Source of the DNA: an uncultured Acidobacteriota bacterium
GTDB lineage: Bacteria; Acidobacteriota; Vicinamibacteria; Vicinamibacterales; CAVVIG01
Direction: 5' to 3'
Assembly (NCBI GenBank): GCA_963814975.1
Contig: CAWFFB010000021.1
Location: 51,891-115,890, forward strand
DNA length: 64,000 nucleotides
Under the pieces are notes generated by a model. It made no database searches and was not told where the DNA came from. It was given only the letters and a program-made list of their open reading frames with translations. The translations under genes were made by a program, and so were the position numbers. Of this stretch, positions 1 through 8,779 are shown piece by piece. Position 1 is the stretch's first letter, and every line of letters starts with the position of its first letter.

Positions 1-699
1 GGCGAGCCAGCAGATTGACGCCCACATGAACCCGATCAGCCAGCCGCCGATGACGTCTGTCGGGTAATGCACGCCGAGGTAGACGCGGCTGACCCCCACG
101 AGCGCGGTCAGGAGCATCGCCATCCCGAGACAATACAGCTTGGTGAGGCGGCTCTCGGCGAAGCGCATCAGCAAGGCGCCGAGTGTCAGGTAGACGATCG
201 CGGATTCCATGGCGTGCCCGCTCGGAAAGCTCGTCGAGTAGACCGCGCGCAGGTGCGGAACAACCGCGGGACGCGGCCGGTTGAACGCGTTCTTCAGGGC
301 GATGGTCACGAACTCGGCGCTGATGCAGGCCACCCACACAAACAACGCGGTGCGGTAGCGCGCCTGGAAGAGGAGAAACCCGACGACCGCGAAGACGACG
401 AGGAACAGGACGGCCGGTCCGCCGATGGCCGTCAGGTCGAACAGCACGGATTCCATCCACTCGGGGCCGATCGGCTTGGAGGGATCGCTGGGACTCCGCA
501 GCGCCTGCAGGATCTTCGTGTCGAAGGCGAGCGTGTCGCCCTCGGTCACCTCTCCCGCGAGCTTCAGGAACAACAAGAGGAACACGCAGGCGCCGAGCCC
601 GACCAGCAGCCAGTGCAACTCCCGCCGGTCGAGCTTCCGGAGCTCGAGCCAGGGGAGCGTCCACCAGCGGCCGCGCCTTGCCCGGGATGCACTGGGCAT
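1..699 (-). CDS. PAP2-family membrane phosphatase (3' end runs off the window)
   Basis: Manual translation from ATG at 699: MPSASRARRGRWW...LAGEVTEGDTLAFDTKILQALRSPSDP...SFPSGHAM...SRVYLGVHYPTDVIGGW, which carries the PAP2 motifs PSGH and SRxxxxxHxxxD. It is absent from the ORF track because no stop falls inside the window. Confidence 0.9.
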   Translation of the reverse strand, partial: MPSASRARRGRWWTLPWLELRKLDRRELHWLLVGLGACVFLLLFLKLAGEVTEGDTLAFDTKILQALRSPSDPSKPIGPEWMESVLFDLTAIGGPAVLFLVVFAVVGFLLFQARYRTALFVWVACISAEFVTIALKNAFNRPRPAVVPHLRAVYSTSFPSGHAMESAIVYLTLGALLMRFAESRLTKLYCLGMAMLLTALVGVSRVYLGVHYPTDVIGGWLIGFMWASICWLA

Positions 700-778
700 T
701 CGACAGGATTCGTATCAGGAAGCGCCAGACCAGAGGCGCTGCTTTAGCTATCGGCCTTCAGTCGTCAGCTCGAGCCGA

Positions 779-1228
779 CTACTCCTTGCGCACGGCGGCC
801 GAAACCTTCAGCATGGCTCCGCCGTCGGTGGTCAACGTCAGCGATACCATGTCGCCGTCCTTGAGGGGCCGCTTGAGATCCGTCAAGAGCAGATACACGC
901 CCTTCGGATCCATCGCAAGGCCGCCGAAGGCCGGCACACTGAGAGTCTTCTTGACTTGCCCCTGTGCGTCGCTGCTGCCGGTTTTGTCGCGGAACTCCAC
1001 CTTGCCGGCCACATCCGTGGCGACTGACGTCAGGTAGATATCGTACTGCGTAGGATTATCGACCGCGACGAACGCAGCGGCCGAGGTTTCGCCGGCCGCC
1101 GGCGTTTTCACCCAGCCGTTCGACGCTTCAACGCTCTTCTCCTGGCCGGCAAGGACCTGACCTATCCCGGACCCCGCGTACACGGCGACGATTCCAAGTC
1201 CGACCAGCCAGTTCGCTACGCGACGCAT
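779..1228 (-). CDS. PCu(A)C-like periplasmic protein (copper-chaperone fold; metal ligands apparently missing)
   Basis: Signal peptide MRRVANWLVGLGIVAVYAG, then WVKTP...SAAAFVAVDN...LTSVATDVAGKVE...LKRPLKDGDMVSLTLT. The ORF-track extension upstream of 1228 is repeat-derived. Confidence 0.7.
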   Translation of the reverse strand: MRRVANWLVGLGIVAVYAGSGIGQVLAGQEKSVEASNGWVKTPAAGETSAAAFVAVDNPTQYDIYLTSVATDVAGKVEFRDKTGSSDAQGQVKKTLSVPAFGGLAMDPKGVYLLLTDLKRPLKDGDMVSLTLTTDGGAMLKVSAAVRKE

Positions 1229-1256
1229 GTATCCTCCTCGGGCAACGAGTATCTTT

Positions 1257-1350
1257 AAAAGTCTCAAGTCGCAAGTCGCAAGTTTCAGTCTCAGGCTCAA
1301 ATCTCGAAGACACACGGTTCGTTGAGACTTGACACGTGAGACTTGCGCCT
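1257..1350. repeat. Heptamer (AAGTCTC-like) inverted array
   Basis: aagtctc aagtcgc aagtcgc aagtttc agtctc aggctc aaatctc, then the reverse arm ttgagacttgacacgtgagacttgcgcctt. Confidence 0.85.
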
Positions 1351-1381
1351 TTCTTTATTCTGCATCATCTGCGCGGACATT

Positions 1382-2026
1382 TCACGAGTGAGATTGCAGC
1401 CGCGGGACGTCTGAAGGGATTCCTCCTGCACGCCCGGGCAGCAGGGAGAGGCCGACCACGAAGAGCACAAAGGTAAAGAACGCGAGGTAACCCGTTATCG
1501 GATGGAATGTGTCCTGCGTGAGCGTGCCGAGCGTCAGGCCCTCCAGCATCACCAGCAGGATACGTTGCAGCCGCCCGCCGGCCGGGTCCGAGATCGCGGC
1601 GAGCACGATAAATTTGAGGACGAAGGCCGAGCCGAATGTGACCGCGAGACTTCGCAACGTGCGAACGCGATCGGAGGAGGCCGCCATCGTGTTCAGCAGC
1701 AGAACGAACAGGAACACGCTGAACAGAAGCCGCGGGAGCCCCGATTCGGGCGTCGCCAGGTTGAAGACCTGCGCCGAAGCGAGAAACGTCGCGATCAGTA
1801 CAACCAGCCCGTTCAGATTCGCCGCCGTGGAACGCCCGGCATTCATGAGGCGCTCAGGCGCGAGGACGCCGCTTCTGATCAGGATGCCCAGTAGCAGCAT
1901 GGCCAGCACGAGCCCGACCAGCGGCGGCGGCATCAGGATCACGTGCTCGGCGACGCGCAACCCGCCGAGAAACGTCACCGTGAGCATGATGAGGGGGAGA
2001 TAGAACGCCTCGACAGCGATACTCAT
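1382..2026 (-). CDS. Hypothetical polytopic membrane protein
   Basis: 214 aa with about 6 hydrophobic segments; its start overlaps the upstream stop (ATGA). Confidence 0.75.
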   Translation of the reverse strand: MSIAVEAFYLPLIMLTVTFLGGLRVAEHVILMPPPLVGLVLAMLLLGILIRSGVLAPERLMNAGRSTAANLNGLVVLIATFLASAQVFNLATPESGLPRLLFSVFLFVLLLNTMAASSDRVRTLRSLAVTFGSAFVLKFIVLAAISDPAGGRLQRILLVMLEGLTLGTLTQDTFHPITGYLAFFTFVLFVVGLSLLPGRAGGIPSDVPRLQSHS

Positions 2027-2523
2027 TTGCGTCGCCGGAGCGCGTTGAACGGGTTCAGGTCCGAAGGGTCGCTCCGCAGGCCCGCTTCGATCTCGCCCTT
2101 CAACTCTCCCGGGCTTCGTAAGGCGAAGTCAGGCTCATCGATCACCAAAGTGCCGCGCGGATCCAGTGCGATTGCCTGGTTGACGGCGTCCAGTCCCTGG
2201 GCGAACAACATGTCGTCGTCATACAGGAGTCCCCAGCCCTCCCGGTAAAAGGTGTACGCGATGAAGAACCGGGTCCGCGCGTCCTGGTGGCCGGGATCGG
2301 CGCGCTCGAACGCGAGTCTCGCAGCCGTGAACTGATCGTTGCGGAACAACCGCAGGCCTTCATCGAACGCTTGCTGGTTGATGCGGTAGGTGCCGAGGCT
2401 CGCCGTCAACCCGCCGGCCACCTCGGCGACCGACTGCGGCTGACGAACGTACATCCAGACGATGAAAGCGCCATAGCCGGCGACCATCGCCAGGCCGAAC
2501 GTCCGTGCCACGGCCTCGCGCAT
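2023..2523 (-). CDS. Membrane-anchored TPR-like hypothetical protein
   Basis: N-terminal TM segment followed by helical repeats (AFDEGLRLFRNDQFTAARLAFERADP; AQGLDAVNQAIALDP). Confidence 0.7.
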   Translation of the reverse strand: MREAVARTFGLAMVAGYGAFIVWMYVRQPQSVAEVAGGLTASLGTYRINQQAFDEGLRLFRNDQFTAARLAFERADPGHQDARTRFFIAYTFYREGWGLLYDDDMLFAQGLDAVNQAIALDPRGTLVIDEPDFALRSPGELKGEIEAGLRSDPSDLNPFNALRRRK

Positions 2524-2540
2524 GTTATCGACGTGGCGGA

Positions 2541-2690
2541 CTAGCGGATCGCGAGAACCCCGAGCCCAAGGAGCCCGGACAGAATGAGATATATGGCGAC
2601 GAGGTAGTTCAGAATACGTGGAAACACCAGGATGAGCAGGCCAAAGACGATCGCAAGCGCCGGGTTGAGGTTGGCTGCCGAGATGATCAT
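2541..2690 (-). CDS. Small membrane protein, DUF3096-like (49 aa)
   Basis: Manual translation MIISAANLNPALAIVFGLLILVFPRILNYLVAIYLILSGLLGLGVLAIR*, with AGGAG RBS upstream. PRxLNYxVAIYLI is the DUF3096 signature. It is below the ORF-track size cutoff. Confidence 0.8.
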   Translation of the reverse strand: MIISAANLNPALAIVFGLLILVFPRILNYLVAIYLILSGLLGLGVLAIR

Positions 2691-2798
2691 ACCGATGCTC
2701 CTGTCACCGAACTGGAACCTGGATCGCAGTATACGCGGCCGTGCCCTGCAGAGTTGGCGCTGCCAGCCGTGTTCATGTCTTTCTCGTCCCTTCCGACA

Positions 2799-3203
2799 CT
2801 AGACGAGGGTTGAAGTGCAGAACGCACAGCGTCTCGCCGCGATGGGCACCTCGCTCAAACAGTCCGGACACTTTTTCGTCGTCGGATCGGGTGGTGGCTC
2901 CCCCGCGCCCGCCGCGCCGCGATGGCGTTCACCGGCACGATGACGAAGAAGTACACGGCAGCCGAAATCAGGACGAACGCGAGCAACGCGTTGATGAAGT
3001 CGCCAATCAGGAACTGGCTGCCGTTGACGGTGAAGGTAATCGCTGAAAAATCAGGTTGCGCCGACGACCGCGGCGATCAGCGGAGTGAGCAGGTCCTTGA
3101 CCATCGCGGCAACCACGGCGCCGAACGCGCCGCCGATGACGACGGCGACGGCCAGGTCGATGACGTTGCCGCGCATTAGGAACTGACGGAAACCTTTGAG
3201 CAT
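2799..3203 (-). CDS. mscL: Large-conductance mechanosensitive channel MscL with C-terminal CxxC..CxxC tail (frameshifted in this sequence)
   Basis: [31 protein letters not shown]...[42 protein letters not shown]...[27 protein letters not shown]; small indels break the frame. Confidence 0.9.
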
Positions 3204-3254
3204 GTGGTTCCCCCTCGAAGTGTTTTAGGCGGCCTGAGGCTTCCGAGCTTTCCG

Positions 3255-3425
3255 GCGCTTCCCGCCTTCCGCAAGGCTTCGGCGAGGTCACGCCGAAGTT
3301 CGTCGGAAGTATAGGCGAACGAAGGTGGACAGCGAGCCTTACCGAAGCTCGCCTGCCGTGGTGCGGGCGTAGGCGGGAAGGTCCGCACGGGCAACAGACG
3401 TAGTGTAGACCGTCAGGGGGCGGCG
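3255..3425. repeat. Cluster of REP-like imperfect palindromes
   Basis: cccgccttccgcaaggcttcggcg...gccgaag..., gccttaccgaagctcgcc...gcgtaggcggg and gtagtgtagaccgtcagg; related motifs recur at about 12024 and 28138-28270. Confidence 0.6.
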
Positions 3426-3486
3426 TCTGGGGCTGGCTGAATGGGGGCTTCCCTGAGCGTGCGCCCCAAGGTTCGCCAACGGCTGG

Positions 3487-3526
3487 GGCGTCGTGCGGGC
3501 GGAGCCGGAGCGGCCCGCACGGCGCC
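3487..3526. terminator. GC-rich hairpin downstream of pirin (possible terminator)
   Basis: ggcgtcgtgcgggc / gcccgcacggcgcc form a 14-bp stem; there is no clear U-tract. Confidence 0.4.
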
Positions 3527-3549
3527 AGGCGGACGGTCGCGCCCGCGGT

Positions 3550-4455
3550 TCAGCGTTGTTTGATGAAGGTGCCATTCCGCAGCTCGGCGACCGCCTGCTG
3601 CAGCTGTGCCTGAGTGTTCATCACGATCGGCCCGTACCACGCGACCGGTTCTTCGATCGGCTTCCCGGACACCAGCAGGAACCGGATGCCTTCGTCTCCC
3701 GCCTGCACGACGATCTCGTCTCCGCTGTCGAACAGCACGAGCGAGCGGTTTCCCGTATCGTCGCGCTTCACCGCATCGCTTCCGTCGACCTGTTCGGTCA
3801 AGACCCCTCTGGGCTCGGAGGCGTCGCGGAACGTGCCCGAGCCCGCGAAGACGTACGCGAACGCGTGCCGGGACGGCTCCACCGCCAGCCGTTTGCGCTG
3901 ACCCGGTGGCACCGACACATCGATATATCGCGGGTCGGCCGCCACCCCTTCCACGGGCCCTCGTTTCCCCCAGAAGTCTCCCACGATCACTCTCACCCGC
4001 GTTCCATCGTCGTCCACGACCTCGGGTATTGCCTGCGCGGGCACGTCCTGGTACCGGGGCGCGGTCATCTTAAGGGACGCTGGGAGGTTCGCCCAGAGCT
4101 GGAAGCCATGCATCCGGCCCTGCGGGTCGCCCTTGGGCATCTCCTGGTGCATGATGCCGCTCCCCGCGGTCATCCACTGCACGTCGCCCGCGCCGAGGCT
4201 GCCCCGGTTGCCCAGGCTGTCGCCGTGTTCGACGTTGCCCGCCAGCACGTAGGTGATGGTCTCGATCCCGCGGTGCGGGTGCCACGGAAAGCCGGCGAGA
4301 TAGTCGTCCGGGTTGTCGTTGCGGAAATCGTCGAACAGCAGAAACGGATCGAAATCGGTCGTGTTGCCGAAGCCAAACGCGCGCTGGAGCTTGACGCCGG
4401 CCCCTTCGAGATGGGGGCGCGCGGGCTGCACGCGTTTGACAGCTCGAATCGACAT
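3550..4455 (-). CDS. Pirin family protein
   Basis: DPFLLFD, GFPWHPHRGIETITY, VQWMTAGSGIMHQE, GFQLWANLP and YGPIVMNT motifs; AGGAGG RBS before ATG 4455. Confidence 0.95.
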   Translation of the reverse strand: MSIRAVKRVQPARPHLEGAGVKLQRAFGFGNTTDFDPFLLFDDFRNDNPDDYLAGFPWHPHRGIETITYVLAGNVEHGDSLGNRGSLGAGDVQWMTAGSGIMHQEMPKGDPQGRMHGFQLWANLPASLKMTAPRYQDVPAQAIPEVVDDDGTRVRVIVGDFWGKRGPVEGVAADPRYIDVSVPPGQRKRLAVEPSRHAFAYVFAGSGTFRDASEPRGVLTEQVDGSDAVKRDDTGNRSLVLFDSGDEIVVQAGDEGIRFLLVSGKPIEEPVAWYGPIVMNTQAQLQQAVAELRNGTFIKQR

Positions 4456-4506
4456 GATCGGTGCCTCCTGGATCCCTGAGCGGCGTGCGCGCCGTTCAGG
4501 CATGAA

Positions 4507-4572
4507 CTATATTATATATATCGACTACCTGTCAAGAAGCTACTTGTAACAAGTGCACCGAAGCGGTATCCT
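4507..4572. promoter_or_regulatory. Divergent promoters with a palindromic operator between pirin and HxlR
   Basis: Plus strand: TTGTAA(4544)-17-TATCCT(4567), then 7 nt to GTG 4580. Minus strand: TTGACA-18-TATAGT. The perfect palindrome ACTTGT-A-ACAAGT at 4542-4554 overlaps the plus-strand -35. Confidence 0.65.
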
Positions 4573-4579
4573 GCCGATT

Positions 4580-4960
4580 GTGACGCACGACCGGCGATCC
4601 CGGACTCCCGCGCGCGCCCTGTGCGGGCGGTTCCATCGAGCCAGCGAGCTGATCGGGCGGCGATGGACCGGCGCGATCATTTTCGTGCTGTTGGGGTCGG
4701 CGTGCCGCTACGCCACGTTGCGGGACGCCATCCCCGACATCACCGATCGGATGCTGAGCGAACGGCTGCAGGAACTGGAACAGGAGGGGCTCGTCGAACG
4801 CACCGTCGTACCGGACACGCCTGTCCGCGTCGAGTATGCACTCACCAGAAAGGGAAGGGCTCTGCGGCCGGCGATCGACGCGATCGCCGACTGGTCCCAT
4901 ACCTGGGTAAAGGCGCCGAAGAGCACACGAAAAGTCTCAAGCCTGAAGTCTCAAGCCTGA
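4580..4960 (+). CDS. HxlR-family winged-helix transcriptional regulator
   Basis: LCGRFHRASELIGRRWTGAII...IPDITDRMLSERLQELEQEGLVER...PVRVEYALTRKGRAL. It has an N-terminal Cys as in redox-sensing HxlR/DUF24 proteins. Confidence 0.93.
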   Translation: MTHDRRSRTPARALCGRFHRASELIGRRWTGAIIFVLLGSACRYATLRDAIPDITDRMLSERLQELEQEGLVERTVVPDTPVRVEYALTRKGRALRPAIDAIADWSHTWVKAPKSTRKVSSLKSQA

Positions 4961-5015
4961 AGTCTCAAGGACTATCCAGGTCAGCCCTTGAGGACTGAGA
5001 CTTGAGACTTTCGAG
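4931..5015. repeat. Heptamer inverted array overlapping the HxlR 3' end
   Basis: aagtctc aagcctg aagtctc aagcctg aagtctc aagg ... cttgaggactgagacttgagactttc. Confidence 0.85.
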
Positions 5016-5023
5016 CTTCGCAG

Positions 5024-5557
5024 TTATGGCTGACAAGTGGCGGCCAGCATCCGCACTTTATCCACGTCGACTCTGCGAACCAGCACGTTCGCTTCGCGCT
5101 TGTCCCTGGACGGCCAGGACACGATCGAGGAATGCGGGACTCGCGCGTGCAGGTCGCGCCCGTCCGATTCCACGCGAATCTCCGTCCATTTGTCCTTCCG
5201 GTCGATCTTGATGGCGCCGTCCTCGATGTCGCCGTCCAAGTCGCCTTCGATCTCGACCTGATGTCCGACGTGCTCTTTGAGACCGTCGTGGTCCTTCAAC
5301 CAATAGAAAACCGTCGCAACGTCACCGGCTGTCCCTACAGCGCTCGGAGCGACCGTGGAGTCGGCGGTTCGTTGCAATGCGGGCTCGCTGGGTGAATTGG
5401 TCAACAGGTAGCCACCGTCTTCGCCCTTGACGAGACAGCCCGACAGTTTGACGTCTTTATCGTCCGCTCGCGCCTCCGCGCGCAGTCCGGCGTCCCAAGA
5501 CGCGGCGACGACTGCGACGGCGATCGCGCTGGCCAGCAGAATACGTGTGTTGCTCAT
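5024..5557 (-). CDS. Secreted hypothetical protein
   Basis: Signal peptide MSNTRILLASAIAVAVVAASW..AEA; LSGCLVKG...YLLTN...LKEHVGHQVEIEG...VDVDKVRMLAATC pattern with a paired Cys; GGGAGG RBS. Confidence 0.75.
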   Translation of the reverse strand: MSNTRILLASAIAVAVVAASWDAGLRAEARADDKDVKLSGCLVKGEDGGYLLTNSPSEPALQRTADSTVAPSAVGTAGDVATVFYWLKDHDGLKEHVGHQVEIEGDLDGDIEDGAIKIDRKDKWTEIRVESDGRDLHARVPHSSIVSWPSRDKREANVLVRRVDVDKVRMLAATCQP

Positions 5558-5580
5558 CGATTTCCTCCCGGCCAGAACCA

Positions 5581-5596
5581 TGCAGAACGAGCGCCA
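5581..5596 (-). promoter_or_regulatory. Putative sigma-54 -24/-12 promoter
   Basis: Minus strand TGGCGCTCGTTCTGCA (GG-N10-GC), about 24 nt upstream of ATG 5557. Confidence 0.45.
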
Positions 5597-5903
5597 CCAT
5601 GAGCGCTTCGGTTGGAGCTCAACGGTTGACCCGTCTGTTGCTTTGGTAGCCATGCCGTTTCGACTGCTCTCTTGCGCACGGTTATCGAAACTTGGCGAAA
5701 GAGCCAGCACCCAGCGCAGGTGCACGACATTCAAAGCAATCGATGACGTTTCCGGTCCAGGGGCTGGCTCCAAAACGGGGCGAATACCAGAACTGTGCTT
5801 TACTTGGGTGAGGCCTGACGTTGAACGAGCTGACGTAAACGATACGACGAGATAGACACTACGTACTGGTGAGGTGGGTTCAGACTCGAACGGCTGAGGT
5901 GGC

Positions 5904-6256
5904 TCAGCTTCTGGGAGCGGCCAGACGAGGCACCTCGGTCTGGGGAGAATGCTCTTCGTACAGAGCGCCTCTCGAGTCCAGCATGTACTTCGCGACGGCG
6001 TGGGTCACTTCGTTGCCATAAAGATCCATTGAGGGTTCACGCTCAGTGACGCTCGACTCCTCTTGTGGACGCTGCTCCTCCTGTGGACGCTGATCGCTGG
6101 AAGTGGGTGGGTCGCGTCGGGCGCGGGAGTTCCGATCACAACGGGCGGTTGATCGAATACAGTGAGCCACTTGGCAAACGCTGACCCCGCAAACGCGCAC
6201 AGAACGGCCGTGCAACGAAGGGCGATCGGGACCACGAACTGTCGGGTCTTCGTCAC
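5904..6256 (-). CDS. Hypothetical exported small protein (probably one gene split by a frameshift)
   Basis: Signal-like N-terminus VTKTRQFVVPIALRCTAVLCAFAGSAFA in one frame and a C-terminal DLYGNEVTHAVAKYMLDSRGALYEEHSPQTEVPRL in another; an 18-bp direct repeat lies at about 6057-6092. Confidence 0.45.
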
Positions 6257-6277
6257 TTGCCTTCCGGTCGACTGCGG

Positions 6278-6293
6278 TGCAACTGAAATGCCA
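6278..6293 (-). promoter_or_regulatory. Putative sigma-54 -24/-12 promoter
   Basis: Minus strand TGGCATTTCAGTTGCA closely matches TGGCAC-N5-TTGCA and lies just upstream of the 6256 start. Confidence 0.55.
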
Positions 6294-6331
6294 CGGATGG
6301 CCTCTGTGTTGCACTGGTTAGGGTGTCAGCG

Positions 6332-8755
6332 ATGCACTTTTTGATTCATCACATTCGACACGACTGGCAGGAGGCCCGCCGTCGTCATCCCCGGATGGCG
6401 GCGGTCACGGCGTTCGCGTTCTTTTTTGTGACCGCGTTCTCCGTCGGCGGCAGCATCTGGTTCCTTTCCAGCCTGCTGCGGACGCTTCCCGACGAAGCCG
6501 CCATCAGCCGGATAGGCGAGATGGATCAGGCGACCGTTGTCTACGATCGCGCCGACACACTGGCCTTCACCATCTTCAAGGAACAGCGCATCGAAGTCGG
6601 GCTCGGGCAGATGTCGCCGCATCTGATCGATGCAATCGTCGCAGTCGAGGATCAGCGGTTTCGCGGGCACAACGGCATCGATCTCGTGCGTATCGCCTCG
6701 GCGGCCCTCGCCGACCTGCGATCGCGTCGAGCCGCGCAGGGTGGCAGCACGATCACCCAGCAGCTGGCCCGTCAGAGCTTTCTGACGCCCGCCAAGACCG
6801 TGCGGCGCAAGCTTCAGGAGATGATCCTCGCTTCCCGCATCGAACGCATGTATTCCAAGGACAAGATCCTCGAGCTATATCTCAACAAGGTGTACTTCGG
6901 CGACGGGTTGCATGGCGTCGAGGCGGCTTCGCGCGGCTATTTCGGCAAGCACGCGTCCGAGTTGACCGTCGCCGAGGCGGCGATGCTGGCGGGCCTGGTC
7001 CAGTCGCCATCCAGTTATGCACCGACTGTGGGGATGGAGCGGGCGATCGCGCGGCGCAATATCGTGCTGGATGCGATGCTCGACACCGGAGCGATCGATC
7101 GCCCCACGTTCACGAGGGAACGTGCGGTCAGACCGGTGCTCCGCGATGATCTTCGCGAGGACGAGCCGTACGGAGAGTATTTCAAGGAGCACCTGCGCCG
7201 TGAGCTCGTCGACCGGTTCGGCTGGCAGCGTGTGTACCAGGGCGGCCTCAGGGTCTTTTCGACAATCGATCTGGGAATGCAGCAGGCGGCCGAAGCCGCA
7301 GTGGCGGACGGGTTGAAAGCCGTCGATTCGCGTCGCCGCGCGCTGGCCGCGGCGCGGGAGAAGGCCGGACGCGCGCGTCCGACCGGCCCCGATGACCTCG
7401 ACTCGGACCCGCTGCAGGCAGCGCTGTTCGCCATGGATCCTCACAACGGTCATGTGCGTGCGATCGTCGGCGGCCGCAATTTCAAGGACAGCTCGTTCAA
7501 CCGGGCCGTGCAGGCCGAACGGCAGCCGGGTTCGGCCTTCAAGCCGTTCGTGTTTGCGGCAGCCCTCGAGGCCGGCTTCACGCCGGCGACGCTGATCGAC
7601 AACCTCGATACGCCTATCGAGACGCTGCAGGGAGCATGGACGCCCGAGGACGGCCATTCCTCAGCGCAGGCCTTGACGCTGAGGGCGGCGCTGCGCATCT
7701 CCAGCAACCGGGCCGCGGTTCGCCTGCTGCAGGAGGTGGGCATCGGCCGAACGGTGCAGTACGCGCGCACCATGGGCGTCGGCGATGTGCCAAGCGTACC
7801 CTCGCTGGCGCTCGGGTCGGGAGAAGTCACCCTTCAATCGTTGACGGCGGCATACGCGACCTTTGCCAACAAAGGGCGGGTCCCGCAACCGCTCGTCATC
7901 CGGCGTGTCGAGGATAGGGACGGGGTCGTGCTGTACGCCGCGAAGGAAGTCTCGACCCAGGCAGTCAGCGACACCACGGCGTTCCTGATGGCTACGATGA
8001 TGGCCGACGTGATTAACGCCGGAACCGGCGCGGAGGCCCGGCGCCTGGGCTTTGCGCTCCCCGCCGCGGGCAAGACCGGCACCACCAACGATTTTCACGA
8101 CGCCTGGTTCGTCGGGTTTACCCCGAAGCTCGCCACGGGCGTCTGGGTCGGGTTCGATCGACCGCGGCCGATTCTGCCGAACGGGTTCGCCGGCACGATT
8201 GCAGTGCCGGTCTGGGCGGCATTCATGAAGGCGGCAACGCGCGGCGACAAACCGGAATGGCTGACGCCGCCCACTGCAGTCACGACGGCAAGGGTCTGCA
8301 GCATGTCGGGCAGGCTCGCCACGGAGGGGTGCGAGAACGCCGAGGTGGTCAACGACAACGGCAATGTTGAACGGCGATCGCTGGTTTATACCGAATATTT
8401 CGCCTCTGGGACGCGGCCCACGGCATTCTGCGATTTGCATCCGACGAAGGGTTTCTTTGGCGCGATCGCCTCGGTTTTCCACCCTGGTGAAAAGCCGCAC
8501 CCGCCTTCCGCTGCCGACGCCGGCCTGCCGCCTGGACCTGAACGGCCTGCCGCCGCGGTGGTGCCGGCCGCTGGATCTGCCGCGACCTCCACACCGGAAG
8601 CCGCCGCCGTTGAGCCGCCGGCGAAGCGCCGCGGGTTCTGGTCGCGTGTTTTCGGCGTCGGCGGCGGCAAAGACAAAGATAAAGATAGAGATAAAGATAA
8701 AGATAGAGACCGAGATAGGGCCAACGACAGCGATAAGGGCAAAGACCAGAAGTGA
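6332..8755 (+). CDS. Class A penicillin-binding protein (PBP1A family)
   Basis: Transglycosylase motifs EDQRF, GGSTITQQL, RKLQE and YLNKVYFG; transpeptidase motifs SAFK, SSN and KTG; charged KD/RD low-complexity tail. Confidence 0.95.
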   Translation: MHFLIHHIRHDWQEARRRHPRMAAVTAFAFFFVTAFSVGGSIWFLSSLLRTLPDEAAISRIGEMDQATVVYDRADTLAFTIFKEQRIEVGLGQMSPHLIDAIVAVEDQRFRGHNGIDLVRIASAALADLRSRRAAQGGSTITQQLARQSFLTPAKTVRRKLQEMILASRIERMYSKDKILELYLNKVYFGDGLHGVEAASRGYFGKHASELTVAEAAMLAGLVQSPSSYAPTVGMERAIARRNIVLDAMLDTGAIDRPTFTRERAVRPVLRDDLREDEPYGEYFKEHLRRELVDRFGWQRVYQGGLRVFSTIDLGMQQAAEAAVADGLKAVDSRRRALAAAREKAGRARPTGPDDLDSDPLQAALFAMDPHNGHVRAIVGGRNFKDSSFNRAVQAERQPGSAFKPFVFAAALEAGFTPATLIDNLDTPIETLQGAWTPEDGHSSAQALTLRAALRISSNRAAVRLLQEVGIGRTVQYARTMGVGDVPSVPSLALGSGEVTLQSLTAAYATFANKGRVPQPLVIRRVEDRDGVVLYAAKEVSTQAVSDTTAFLMATMMADVINAGTGAEARRLGFALPAAGKTGTTNDFHDAWFVGFTPKLATGVWVGFDRPRPILPNGFAGTIAVPVWAAFMKAATRGDKPEWLTPPTAVTTARVCSMSGRLATEGCENAEVVNDNGNVERRSLVYTEYFASGTRPTAFCDLHPTKGFFGAIASVFHPGEKPHPPSAADAGLPPGPERPAAAVVPAAGSAATSTPEAAAVEPPAKRRGFWSRVFGVGGGKDKDKDRDKDKDRDRDRANDSDKGKDQK

Positions 8756-8779
8756 TACCATCCTTCTCGAGACGCTTGC

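Noticed and set aside
5670-5775. c-di-GMP riboswitch-like GAAA hairpin
   Set aside because: The second stem and conserved linker are not recognisable; only an 8-bp gagccagc/gctggctc pairing is seen.
8668-8720. AAAGAY hexamer run as a phase-variation tract
   Set aside because: It is an in-frame multiple of three at the extreme C-terminus of PBP1A, so slippage would only change a low-complexity KD/RD tail.
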